From: Candidatus Curtissbacteria bacterium RIFCSPLOWO2_12_FULL_41_16
Lineage (GTDB): Bacteria; Patescibacteriota; Microgenomatia; Curtissbacterales; GWA2-41-24
DNA length: 64,000 nucleotides
Direction of reading: 5' to 3'
Assembly: GCA_001776545.1 (NCBI GenBank)
Contig: MFBZ01000016.1
Location: 1,088-65,087 of the forward strand
Under the pieces are notes generated by a model, which worked only from the letters and a program-made list of their open reading frames with translations, searched no databases and was not told where the DNA came from. Positions 37,430 through 46,037 of the stretch are shown here, piece after piece (within the stretch, counting starts at the first letter, position 1; the number at the start of each line of letters is the position of its first letter). Position numbers and translations under genes: made by a program.

Positions 37430-39631
37430 TTATTCTTGACTTGCCTCTATTTTAAAGGTGATTTTTGATTTGTTACGCGGAATCGAACCGGCCAAAGGCA
37501 AACTCGGTGAAAATCTTACTTGAACATCAGAAATTTCTGGTGTTGTTTTGATAATCGTTCTTGTTTCTTTTAGATTTTTGCCGGCAATTTTGGCGGCCAG
37601 TTCGTCTTCATTAAATTTTGGGATTAAGTTTGCCTGATACCTTCCGGAAAGTTCGATGGTATCATTGAGGCGTTTAACCGTTATATCGACAATTTCAATA
37701 TCGTCGGCTCTGGCTTCCAAGTTTGCCGGGATATCACTTTGGGCATCTTGCGCCAGGTGGTTTTTAAGATCACTTTCTTTGTAAACAACCACGCGCGCCT
37801 CGATTTCCATGTTTAGATTAATCAGGGAGGCTTCTTCGTCTTGTTTTTTGTCGAATTCTTTTTCGAGAATTTTAATGATGGTGGTCTCGTTGTGGAATTT
37901 TTGTCCGGAAATTTTTTCTTTGAGATCAGCTTTGGCTTTTTCCGTTAATGAGTCGATGAGAGACTTTTCTAACTTATCTAAGTCTTGCCGGGCGACTACG
38001 GTGACCTGCTTCTCGCTGCCACCGGAAAATGGTGTGTCATTATGTGCCCAATAAGCATATTCATCAAATTGAGCAAAAGAGAAGTCTTGTTCTGTGTCTA
38101 TATTATATTGCGGTCCTGCTTCACTGGCTGTGACGCGTGTTTTTGTCTGACTTGGTTGTCCAGGTTTACCAGCTGAGGTAGCCTCCACCTCTTCGTCTAA
38201 AACAAACTTGAGTCCACTTTTGGTAATTATTGTTGTATCTTTTGGAAAACTCTTAGGAGTAGACGTGATATTAAAAATTGTCACTTCACCGCCGGCTTTC
38301 TCCCCCAATTTTTTAGTACCAGTGGCTATGGCCTTTTGGGAACCGCTCATTTTGGTAGTAATTTCTTGGCCTATTATTTGGGAGCTTTCTGTCTGTCTTA
38401 AAACAACATCGGCTTTGAAATTTTTCTCTAAAGTTTTAGCGTTCACTTTAATAATCACTTGCGCGGAAGTTAAGGTTTGAGATGCTATAAAGCTTCCGAG
38501 AAAACCGATTATCACAAGCCCTGCTACAGCAACGGCAATTTTTTTGACTGAAGGCCTTTTTTTAAAAATTGCCAAGACTCGCGATAACCAAGCGCCGGTT
38601 GCGATATCTCCTAAAGTTTCTTTGTAATTTTGGGCGGGGGCAGTATCGGGCGTTTGGTTTACTTCGACTGCATAATCTTCTTTGTCTGGTTTGTCTTTTT
38701 CTTGTTTTGCTAAAACATGTTTTGGCAAGTCTGGTTGTAAACTTTTGACTGCGGAATCCGATGTCTCGTGTCTTTCTAATTCTTCTTGTTGCTTGGTAAG
38801 TAAAATGTCCTCTCCCTCAACAAAACCAAACTCATTAATTTTTTCTATTTTTGATTTGACAGGGCTTGGGTAATGACCTTTGGTGATTTCCAATAACGTA
38901 GGGTCATGGCCAAGAATATCTGCTGCCTGAGCATAGGCAACGGACTTTGCCAGTTGGTTGGCGTCTAAAATCATAATTTTGGGTTCGTGAATAAATAGAT
39001 CTTTCCAATCCGCTTTAATGATTTTGTCAGTAAACCCTGGGTCCTTGATTCCATAAACAATAAAGCGTGAGGGAAGATTTTCCACTTCATCCTTGAGGCG
39101 ACTTATCAGATTTTCAATTTTATCGATGGTAATTTTCTCCTTGGAAGTATAAGTGGCGATCACTTTATTGTTTTTAATTATGTGAACCTCGCAAAAATCA
39201 TTAAAAACCCCAATCAAAACAGCGTGTGGTGTTGCCGATTCTTCTATTTTTAATAAATGATTGATTGCCGCTGCCAACGGTATAAAAGCCTGTGGTGAAA
39301 GTTCCAAGTCACTGGCTAAATTCTTGATAATCTTTGAAACTTCGCGGGAAGGCTGGTTATCTTCAAGATAGAAATTGGAGAGCCCGAATACTATTTTTGT
39401 AACATCGCTTTTAGCATTTTGCGCTGCAGTATCGATAGCAATTGTAGCCTGATGACGTAGACTATTTATATCGGTAATGGACTTTTGGCCAAATCCAAGA
39501 AATTCTACTTGGTCAAAATTTAGGACCCAAATACAAGCCACTACTCTATCTGGAGTGACTACAAGCGAAAGATAATTTTGTCCCGGTGAATCTTTTTTAA
39601 GAATCTTTGTGAATATATTCAAAGGTCCCAT
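37430..39631 (-). CDS. large membrane protein: degenerate FtsA/PilM-like actin-fold N-terminal domain + single TM + ~350-aa extracytoplasmic domain
   Basis: 733 aa. The N-terminal 330 aa follow the FtsA/PilM pattern (YLSLVVTPDRVV...; HAVLIGVFNDFCEVHI...) but have DIGT/DIGGGST-like phosphate motifs replaced. TM helix AVAVAGLVIIGFLGSFIA at about residue 360. Confidence 0.5.
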   Translation of the reverse strand: MGPLNIFTKILKKDSPGQNYLSLVVTPDRVVACIWVLNFDQVEFLGFGQKSITDINSLRHQATIAIDTAAQNAKSDVTKIVFGLSNFYLEDNQPSREVSKIIKNLASDLELSPQAFIPLAAAINHLLKIEESATPHAVLIGVFNDFCEVHIIKNNKVIATYTSKEKITIDKIENLISRLKDEVENLPSRFIVYGIKDPGFTDKIIKADWKDLFIHEPKIMILDANQLAKSVAYAQAADILGHDPTLLEITKGHYPSPVKSKIEKINEFGFVEGEDILLTKQQEELERHETSDSAVKSLQPDLPKHVLAKQEKDKPDKEDYAVEVNQTPDTAPAQNYKETLGDIATGAWLSRVLAIFKKRPSVKKIAVAVAGLVIIGFLGSFIASQTLTSAQVIIKVNAKTLEKNFKADVVLRQTESSQIIGQEITTKMSGSQKAIATGTKKLGEKAGGEVTIFNITSTPKSFPKDTTIITKSGLKFVLDEEVEATSAGKPGQPSQTKTRVTASEAGPQYNIDTEQDFSFAQFDEYAYWAHNDTPFSGGSEKQVTVVARQDLDKLEKSLIDSLTEKAKADLKEKISGQKFHNETTIIKILEKEFDKKQDEEASLINLNMEIEARVVVYKESDLKNHLAQDAQSDIPANLEARADDIEIVDITVKRLNDTIELSGRYQANLIPKFNEDELAAKIAGKNLKETRTIIKTTPEISDVQVRFSPSLPLAGSIPRNKSKITFKIEASQE

Positions 39632-39675
39632 GAAGTGTAGCCCAATTATATCAGCTAAAAATTTTATTCGGAAGA

Positions 39676-40287
39676 TTACTCTCGTGGCTCACTGGTGGCT
39701 TCACGCGTTGATTCCCTGAGAATTTGAGGAAGATCGGCAAAACCGCCTCTTGTTCTTTTGGGAAGAGGCGGAGGTTCTTCAATCTGTGGTTGGCTTGTTT
39801 CTGATTTAACAGTCTCTTTTGGCGTTTTTTTGCCCAGTACCAAAAACCAACCGGCTGCGGCAATTGCCGCGACGAGAATTAAAACACCAATAATTATGAC
39901 AATTAGCCTTAGTTTTTTAATTTGCGAATGCTCTTCGGGTGCCGGACTTTGGTCAGGTGGTGCAGCGTAGGGTGTTGGGTTTGGTTGTTCTCCCATTACA
40001 GGGAACTTGGGTGGAAAATTTTGGGCGGGGGGAGCAGGCTCATTTGACGGAGGAGTCGGTGGTGGTGAGATGCTAGGTATCGGGGGAACCGATGGAAGTG
40101 GTGGTGTGGTGATGGTGGAGCTTGCCGCATTTTCTTCTTGAGTTGTTACAAATTGTCCTGGCTCAATAGGAGTTGGTGAGGCGTCATTCGGATTTGTATT
40201 GGAAGAGTCCGATGTAGGCGGTGAAGATAATCCGATTGGAGATTTAGAATCTTGAACTATTGAATTATTCTTGGGGGCAGTATCCAT
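39676..40287 (-). CDS. Pro-rich single-pass membrane protein
   Basis: 203 aa. N-terminal half about 30% Pro, a TM helix LIVIIIGVLILVAAIAAAGWFLVL, then a short C-terminal tail. Confidence 0.6.
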   Translation of the reverse strand: MDTAPKNNSIVQDSKSPIGLSSPPTSDSSNTNPNDASPTPIEPGQFVTTQEENAASSTITTPPLPSVPPIPSISPPPTPPSNEPAPPAQNFPPKFPVMGEQPNPTPYAAPPDQSPAPEEHSQIKKLRLIVIIIGVLILVAAIAAAGWFLVLGKKTPKETVKSETSQPQIEEPPPLPKRTRGGFADLPQILRESTREATSEPRE

Positions 40288-40311
40288 AAATTTTAAAATT
40301 GAAATTGAAAA

Positions 40312-42081
40312 TTACTCCTCAATTGTAGCATAGATTCTCCTGAGGTCAGAACCGGCGGATTCTTCTTTGGTGATTTTAAAATGGCCAAGAACGCCGGTAG
40401 ATTTGGCATGCGGTCCACCACAAAATTCTTTAGAATAGGCTTCTTCGATTTTAGTGGATGGGCCAATAAAATAAATATTGACCAAATCTCCGTATTTTTC
40501 TTCAAAAAGTCCGACGGCGCCAATTTTATTTGCTTCTTCTTTAGGCATAACCCTTTGATTAACCATAAGATTATCTCTGATCTTTTGGTTAACGATTGCT
40601 TCGGTCTGTTTTATTTGCTCTGGTGTCGTTTTGGCATGATGCGAAAAGTCGAATCTCAATCTTTCTTCGGTAATGTGAGAGCCGGTTTGGTGGACATGCT
40701 TGCCTAAAACATCACGGAGTGCTTGATGTAAAAGATGGGTAGCAGTATGAAGTTTGGCTGCTTTTTCCGTTTGGACTGTCAATCCCCCTTTGGTTTTTTC
40801 ACCGGCTTTCCTAGAGAGTTCTTGATGGGCTTTAAGTTCTTTTTCAAACCCCGCGAGGTCGACTTGTTTACTTTTCTCAGTCGCTAACTCGATTGTTAGT
40901 TCTATGGGAAAACCATAGTTTTGATAGAGATCGAATGCATCATGACCAGAAATATCTCCGGTAATTTTTTCAAATTGTCTGATACCTGATGAGAGTGCTT
41001 TTTTAAATTTATCTTCTTCTTTTTTAAGGGTTTCAATGATCAAGTTTTGAGACTCATATAGATTAGGATAGAGATCACCATAGGTTTTGATGACAATTTT
41101 GGCTAAATCTTCCAAGAAGTCTTCCTCGATTTTTAACAAAGAAGCATGTCGAATCGCACGTCTGACAAGTCGACGAAGGACATATCCTCTCTCGACATTT
41201 GATGGGAAAACACCGTCTGATATCAAAAAAACTGACGAGCGAATATGGTCGGCCACGATTCTTGTGGATTTAACATCGAGGTAACTGGCGAGATCCTCGA
41301 TTCTTTTGGCAAGTGGTAGAAAAACATCGGTTTCATAAATTGAGAGAGCATTTCCCAAAACTGCCAGCATGCGTTCCAAGCCCATACCGGTGTCAACATT
41401 TTTTTGTTTAAGAGGTTTGAAGCTACCGTCATTTTGCTTGTCATATTGCATAAAGACGTCGTTCCAAATTTCAATGAAGCGATTTGAATCACTCGTTTTT
41501 TCAACCTGCCCTGAATCGTTCGGACTGACGTCATAAAACATCTCAGTGTCAGGACCACAGGGACCGGTTGGGCCTACCGGACCCCACCAATTTTCTTGTT
41601 TGCCATATTTGAAAATGTGATTCTCTGGTAAGCCAAGTTTCCTCCAGATATCGTAGGATTCTTGGTCAAAAGGGGCATCGGCGTCTCCAGCAAAAACCGA
41701 AACATAGATTCTTTTGGCATCGAGTTTTAAAACATCAATTAAAAATTGATAAGACCAAGAAATCGCCTCTTCTCTCCAGTACCCGCCCAAAGACCAGTTG
41801 CCAAGCATTTCGAAAAATGTGTTGTGGACGCTGTCCCCTACCTGATCGATATCATCGGTGCGCAGACACTTTTGGACGTTAACGAGCCGTTTGCCTTCTG
41901 GGTGGGATTCACCCAGCAGATAGGGCACCAGTGGGTGCATGCCGGCAGTGGTAAATAAAACTCTTTTAGTACCGGTAAGTTCGACGGACTCTGACGGAAC
42001 AAGAGATGCAGAAGGAATAATCTTGTGTCCCCTATCTTCAAAAAATTTCAAAAACTTTTGGCGAAGGTCTGAAGAGTTCAT
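40312..42081 (-). CDS. alaS: alanine--tRNA ligase, short form (catalytic + tRNA-binding + editing domains; no C-terminal oligomerisation domain)
   Basis: Class II motifs (FTTAGMHP, GNWSLGGYW), editing-domain HxxxH...H (HTATHLLHQALRDVLGKHVHQTGSH), C-terminal CGGPH. 589 aa. Confidence 0.9.
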   Translation of the reverse strand: MNSSDLRQKFLKFFEDRGHKIIPSASLVPSESVELTGTKRVLFTTAGMHPLVPYLLGESHPEGKRLVNVQKCLRTDDIDQVGDSVHNTFFEMLGNWSLGGYWREEAISWSYQFLIDVLKLDAKRIYVSVFAGDADAPFDQESYDIWRKLGLPENHIFKYGKQENWWGPVGPTGPCGPDTEMFYDVSPNDSGQVEKTSDSNRFIEIWNDVFMQYDKQNDGSFKPLKQKNVDTGMGLERMLAVLGNALSIYETDVFLPLAKRIEDLASYLDVKSTRIVADHIRSSVFLISDGVFPSNVERGYVLRRLVRRAIRHASLLKIEEDFLEDLAKIVIKTYGDLYPNLYESQNLIIETLKKEEDKFKKALSSGIRQFEKITGDISGHDAFDLYQNYGFPIELTIELATEKSKQVDLAGFEKELKAHQELSRKAGEKTKGGLTVQTEKAAKLHTATHLLHQALRDVLGKHVHQTGSHITEERLRFDFSHHAKTTPEQIKQTEAIVNQKIRDNLMVNQRVMPKEEANKIGAVGLFEEKYGDLVNIYFIGPSTKIEEAYSKEFCGGPHAKSTGVLGHFKITKEESAGSDLRRIYATIEE

Positions 42082-42165
42082 TGAACTTAATTATATCTCA
42101 GTTTGTCGAGGAAAATTAAGATTCAGTACGACTGCAGCGAAAAGTTTAACCAGGTCTGATTTGGT

Positions 42166-42528
42166 CTAACTTTCCTGGCGCGTATGACTGCGCCGGAAGA
42201 AGAAGCGGCGGCCTTTTTTTTGGATTTCTTCGATGTGCTCAGGTATTTGCGCGGTTGCTTCCTGAACATTTTCCTTGATATTTTGAACGGCATGGGCGCT
42301 TTCGGCTAATTTTTCTTTAATTCCTTCTTTATGCTTGTCGATTTTTTCTTCTGCTGATTCTTTTGTTTCTTCTAATGCTTCAGCCATTTTCCCGATAAGC
42401 TTTTGGCTTTCTTTTAAAAGCTCCTCTTTGAGTTTTTGGCCGCTTTTGGTGCCAAAAAGATAAACAAGAGCAGCGCCTACGATAACGCCAAAAAGAAATG
42501 AGGAATTGCCGTTTTTTTGATCGTTCAT
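42166..42528 (-). CDS. YtxH-like membrane-anchored coiled-coil protein
   Basis: N-terminal GVIVGAALVYLFGTKSGQKLKEEL (YtxH signature) then coiled coil. Confidence 0.6.
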   Translation of the reverse strand: MNDQKNGNSSFLFGVIVGAALVYLFGTKSGQKLKEELLKESQKLIGKMAEALEETKESAEEKIDKHKEGIKEKLAESAHAVQNIKENVQEATAQIPEHIEEIQKKGRRFFFRRSHTRQES

Positions 42529-42788
42529 TTACCTGATTCTTTCTTGCCCTTTTTTAATAAATGGGCAATACCGACACCGGCAGCAAGCGAAGCAAAAAGG
42601 TTACCGGCAGTTTCAATCGGTTTTTTAACTTGACCCACTAAATCGTCGGTGTCATCAAAAAGCCTATTCATTCTAAAAAGTGTCTTTCGAAGGTCGCGAA
42701 GAACAAAGAAAACTTGGAAACCCAAAGCTATAAGGAAAATTGACAGTACAATAATTACTGCGAGAAGAATTATTTGTGTTATATCCAT
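42525..42788 (-). CDS. DUF948-like small membrane protein
   Basis: 87 aa, an N-terminal TM helix then a helical region. 4-nt overlap with the YtxH-like gene, the usual pairing. Confidence 0.5.
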   Translation of the reverse strand: MDITQIILLAVIIVLSIFLIALGFQVFFVLRDLRKTLFRMNRLFDDTDDLVGQVKKPIETAGNLFASLAAGVGIAHLLKKGKKESGK

Positions 42789-42940
42789 AGGGCAGTTGTT
42801 AAGTCAAAGTATGTAGTCAAGGTCGAAAGTCAAACTTTGACTGTGAACTAGTCTTGTATACTTCACTGTCCTTGTTTTTGTCAATGGGGACTAGCGGCAC
42901 CTATCCCCACATGACAGGTAAAGTGATATAATTCCCAATA

Positions 42941-43129
42941 ATGAACCAGATTAGAAAATACTTCGCAGGTCTTCTATTTGCACTTTCTATACTATATATG
43001 TTTTTCCCAAGTTTAGGCAAAAGAGGTCTTTTTGAAAATGCGACAAACGTTGAAATTGGAATCTCTGCTTTAATTCTTGTTGCTACAGCTATAATCTTAT
43101 ATCTTATGCCAGACGAAAAGAAAAACTAA
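42941..43129 (+). CDS. hypothetical small membrane protein
   Basis: 62 aa with two hydrophobic helices, followed by a clear terminator. Confidence 0.35.
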   Translation: MNQIRKYFAGLLFALSILYMFFPSLGKRGLFENATNVEIGISALILVATAIILYLMPDEKKN

Positions 43130-43179
43130 ATTGACTTCAAAATAAAATAGCCTTAGAATAGTTTTAAGAGGGAAATTAC

Positions 43180-43206
43180 CCCACGCAAATGCGTGGGTTT
43201 TTGCGT
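43180..43206 (+). terminator. rho-independent terminator
   Basis: CCCACGCAAATGCGTGGG (7-bp stem) followed by TTTTT, about 50 nt after the 42941..43129 ORF. Confidence 0.55.
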
Positions 43207-43289
43207 TTAAGGGGTCAGTTTTGCCATTTGCCTATAAATAAAAATGCCTGAAACAATATAAATATGGGATAAAAAATAAAAAACTCCTT

Positions 43290-43502
43290 TTGGCGAAGGA
43301 GTCTAAAAGATATATGAGTTGGATAAATATACCTCTTGATAAGAGTATAAATGCTATGAGTGATTTTGTCAAAGTAGCCTCAGAAATGAATAAACGGAGG
43401 CAAAATAGGTCGTTGCGTCTAATTGCATTGCTCCTTGCTCTAATTGCAGGGTTTCTGCTACTTATGTTTTGGGGATTCGGCTTTTTTATCTTAAGTAGTT
43501 GA
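43290..43502 (+). CDS. hypothetical small protein with C-terminal TM helix (start may be the second Met at 43314)
   Basis: 70-aa ORF. AAGGAG lies 12 nt before the second ATG. The antisense 91-aa ORF 43232..43507 is the less likely reading. Confidence 0.3.
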   Translation: MAKESKRYMSWINIPLDKSINAMSDFVKVASEMNKRRQNRSLRLIALLLALIAGFLLLMFWGFGFFILSS

Positions 43503-43713
43503 GTCAATTTGTTAGAATATACTTGTGCCGACTAAAAAGAAATCAGAATTTGTAACCCTCACCTCAATCCTAATCGAAAAAAGGAATCCTGACAGGAAAG
43601 ATTTAGCGGGTAGCAAGAGTAGTTTTAAAAAATTAGTTGTAGAAGCTACGAAACAAGAGCCGTTTGATAAGTCAAAGTAACACTCAAAAAATTAGTTTGC
43701 TATAATACCGCCG

Positions 43714-43974
43714 ATGGCAGAAAAGAAAGAGATACCACAAAAAACAATAATAAATGCCAGCACAATTATTGGAAGTGCTTATTCCCAGCTTGCAAGCGTG
43801 ACAGTCACTAATATAGATATGACAATAGAATTTATTTTTATCAATCCTCGTGATCCGTCCTCTGGACAAGTAGTTTCAAGAGTTACTTTGCCTAAAAAGG
43901 TTGGTTTAAAACTTGCGGAGGTTATTGTAAATACAAACAAAATTAATGAAAAAAGGAGAAGTGAGAAAAAATGA
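43714..43974 (+). CDS. hypothetical protein, DUF3467-like pattern
   Basis: 86 aa. The YSQLASVTVTNIDMTIEFIF...VVSRVTLPKKVGLKLAEVI pattern resembles DUF3467. TATAAT-like box 10 nt upstream. Confidence 0.4.
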   Translation: MAEKKEIPQKTIINASTIIGSAYSQLASVTVTNIDMTIEFIFINPRDPSSGQVVSRVTLPKKVGLKLAEVIVNTNKINEKRRSEKK

Positions 43975-44246
43975 TTAATGCCTTACCCTGGGAATCCAGA
44001 GATTACGACATAATAATAGATGAAGATTTACAACCAAAGATAGGGGAAATTAAGTGGGTAACAAACATTCCGAGAGAAAATCAACTGGTAGTTAGCTTGG
44101 TGGATAATTTTGAATACCCACTGCTAGCAGAATTGCGTTCGCAATTTGAGGCAACAGGCTCATACACAAGTGAGCAATTAGATGAAATAATTGGAGTGTA
44201 TGGGCGGTTACCAAAATACAGAGCGCAAAGTCATAGTACTACCTGA
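43971..44246 (+). CDS. hypothetical protein (possible antitoxin partner)
   Basis: 91 aa. ATGA overlap with the upstream gene. Its 3' end overlaps the RelE/ParE-like ORF by about 55 nt in another frame. Confidence 0.35.
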   Translation: MINALPWESRDYDIIIDEDLQPKIGEIKWVTNIPRENQLVVSLVDNFEYPLLAELRSQFEATGSYTSEQLDEIIGVYGRLPKYRAQSHSTT

Positions 44247-44457
44247 GGCTGAAGACGAAGCTCGCAGACTTAGACTTAAACCACAGCTAGAGAGACTCGT
44301 AGAAAGACTAAGAAAAAGATCACTAATCAAGGGTTTCAAGAAGATAGAACCTAAAACTGCAAATACGTGGGAAGCTCGGTTGAAATTGAGGTGGCGTGCC
44401 TATATCATTTTTGATGATGATATACCAACTATCTTTAGAGTGGGCGATCATTTATAA
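44191..44457 (+). CDS. RelE/ParE-superfamily type II toxin
   Basis: C-terminal half (KKIEPKTANTWEARLKLRWRAYIIFDDDIPTIFRVGDH) matches the RelE/YoeB/ParE consensus W.aR....yR..Y..dd....I.rigHR. The N-terminal AEDEARRL matches the helix-1 pattern. Confidence 0.6.
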   Translation: MECMGGYQNTERKVIVLPEAEDEARRLRLKPQLERLVERLRKRSLIKGFKKIEPKTANTWEARLKLRWRAYIIFDDDIPTIFRVGDHL

Positions 44458-45402
44458 GAAATTCTAAGTTTTCAAAACCCTAACTCCGTTAATTTGCCCG
44501 AGTAATACTTCAAACATTGGCTCGTTTCTGTGATTAAAGCGAAATCCATACTCATCAACATAAGCCTGTAAATACTTTTTGCTAACAACCCGATAGACTC
44601 CTGTTACCCCTCTCTTGAAATGACTCCAAAAGTTCTCGATTCCTTGCGTATGCACTTCGCCTCGTACTGATTCCAACCTGTGATTTACTGATTCGTGGTA
44701 GTAGCCAAACTTCGGCAAGTGATAGTAACCTGCAAATTCGTCTGTAAAAACCCTTGCTGTCGGGTCAACATTCTCTTTTATCTGTTGTAGTAATGTCCAC
44801 TTACCAGTATTAGGAATGTGTTTTAAATATACTTTCCCGCCTCTTTTTAACATACCCATTACTATTTCCTTATCGGTTGAACCAATACCATATTTATTCT
44901 TGCGGTTGCTTGTCTTACCACCTACAAATGTTTCGTCAACTTCTACAATGCCGTCCAGCAAGCCATCTTTTGGCTCTGCCATTAACATTCTGATCTGTTT
45001 AAACATTCTCCACGCCGTCTTATATGAAACTGCAAGCTCACGCTGTAATTGCTTTGCTGATACGCCTGATCGGGTATTAGACATTACAAACATAGCGTAG
45101 AACCAATACTGCAAGGGTGTTGTGGTTTTTTCAAAGATAGTTCCTGCAAGCGGTGCTATTTGATAACCGCAGGAGCATTGATAAACCATTCTGCCTTTTA
45201 TTTTGTAGAAGTTGGATATTTGCTCGAAGTATTTACATTTCTTGTTCTGGCATTTAGCACCTTTTGGATACTTAATCTTAAATATCTCAGCAAGACACGA
45301 TTCATCATCTTTATACTTTCGCAAGAATGTTGCGAGGCTAAATTGATTTTTCATAGCCTCAGTATAGCACACTAATTACCTGTTGTCAAGGGATAAGTGC
45401 CG
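44440..45402 (-). mobile_element. IS1595-family insertion sequence (ends approximate)
   Basis: A single transposase gene filling about 0.9 kb between the toxin cassette and the rodZ-like gene. I could not define terminal inverted repeats by eye. Confidence 0.5.
44464..45354 (-). CDS. IS1595-family transposase (N-terminal Zn ribbon + DDE domain)
   Basis: MKNQFSLATFLRKYKDDESCLAEIFKIKYP...C..C.. ribbon and an ISXO2-like DDE core. Start trimmed to MKNQFSL. Confidence 0.85.
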   Translation of the reverse strand: MKNQFSLATFLRKYKDDESCLAEIFKIKYPKGAKCQNKKCKYFEQISNFYKIKGRMVYQCSCGYQIAPLAGTIFEKTTTPLQYWFYAMFVMSNTRSGVSAKQLQRELAVSYKTAWRMFKQIRMLMAEPKDGLLDGIVEVDETFVGGKTSNRKNKYGIGSTDKEIVMGMLKRGGKVYLKHIPNTGKWTLLQQIKENVDPTARVFTDEFAGYYHLPKFGYYHESVNHRLESVRGEVHTQGIENFWSHFKRGVTGVYRVVSKKYLQAYVDEYGFRFNHRNEPMFEVLLGQINGVRVLKT

Positions 45403-45404
45403 GA

Positions 45405-46031
45405 CTAGCGGGTCAGGCGAATGATTTTGGTGACTTTGGTTTTTGGAGAAAGACGTTTGGAAGCAATAATTTCAATGATGTTTTGGCCGTCTTTAAGCTT
45501 GTGCTCATAAGAAAAATTGCCCTGGGGATCAACCGGGACGAACTGACCATTAATGGCGAGTTGTGATTCTTTTTCTGTTTGGCCTGAAATAACAACGATC
45601 GGTACTGAGGTAGTGAAATCATCGGGAGGACTTGCGACTTTGAGTTCGGGGGCAGAAAGTATCGAGAGATATTGAATTACCAAATAAGCAATAAAGATAA
45701 TAACGGCTACTGTAAAAGTTGAGTTAATAATTTTTGTGGTAGTTGGCATCAGGCCTTTTTTGTATTGCCTGATCGGCGGTTTTTGCGGGTATTTAGCCTC
45801 ATCGTATTCTCTTCTAAAAAGGGCCAGGGCATGTTTTTCGTCAAGGCCTAAATAGGTAGAGTAATTTTTGATGAAACCGCGAATAAAGGCTGATTCAGGA
45901 AGAACCGACCAGTCGGATTCTTCTAAGGCTTGCAGGTGTTGTTTTTTAATAGATAACTGGCGAGCTGCTCTTTTTAGTGGAATTCTTTTGGCTTTCCTTT
46001 GTGAAGATAGAAGCTCGCCTAATGTTGCCAT
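45405..46031 (-). CDS. rodZ: RodZ-like cytoskeleton protein (N-terminal HTH, TM, C-terminal DUF4115-like domain)
   Basis: HTH segment LGELLSSQRKAKRIPLKRAARQLSIKKQHLQALEE...FIRGFIKNYSTYLGLD, then a TM helix VAVIIFIAYLVIQYL. Confidence 0.6.
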   Translation of the reverse strand: MATLGELLSSQRKAKRIPLKRAARQLSIKKQHLQALEESDWSVLPESAFIRGFIKNYSTYLGLDEKHALALFRREYDEAKYPQKPPIRQYKKGLMPTTTKIINSTFTVAVIIFIAYLVIQYLSILSAPELKVASPPDDFTTSVPIVVISGQTEKESQLAINGQFVPVDPQGNFSYEHKLKDGQNIIEIIASKRLSPKTKVTKIIRLTR

Positions 46032-46037
46032 CTACTT

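Noticed and set aside
39651-39863. 70-aa and 76-aa minus-strand ORFs (39651..39863, 40293..40523) overlapping the ends of the Pro-rich protein gene and alaS
   Set aside because: Alternative-frame overlaps with confident genes. No independent support.
39676-40287. Pro-rich membrane protein as sortase substrate (…PPPLPKRTRGG near the C-terminus)
   Set aside because: LPKRT is not LPxTG. The motif is not followed by a hydrophobic segment plus a positive tail; the TM helix precedes it.
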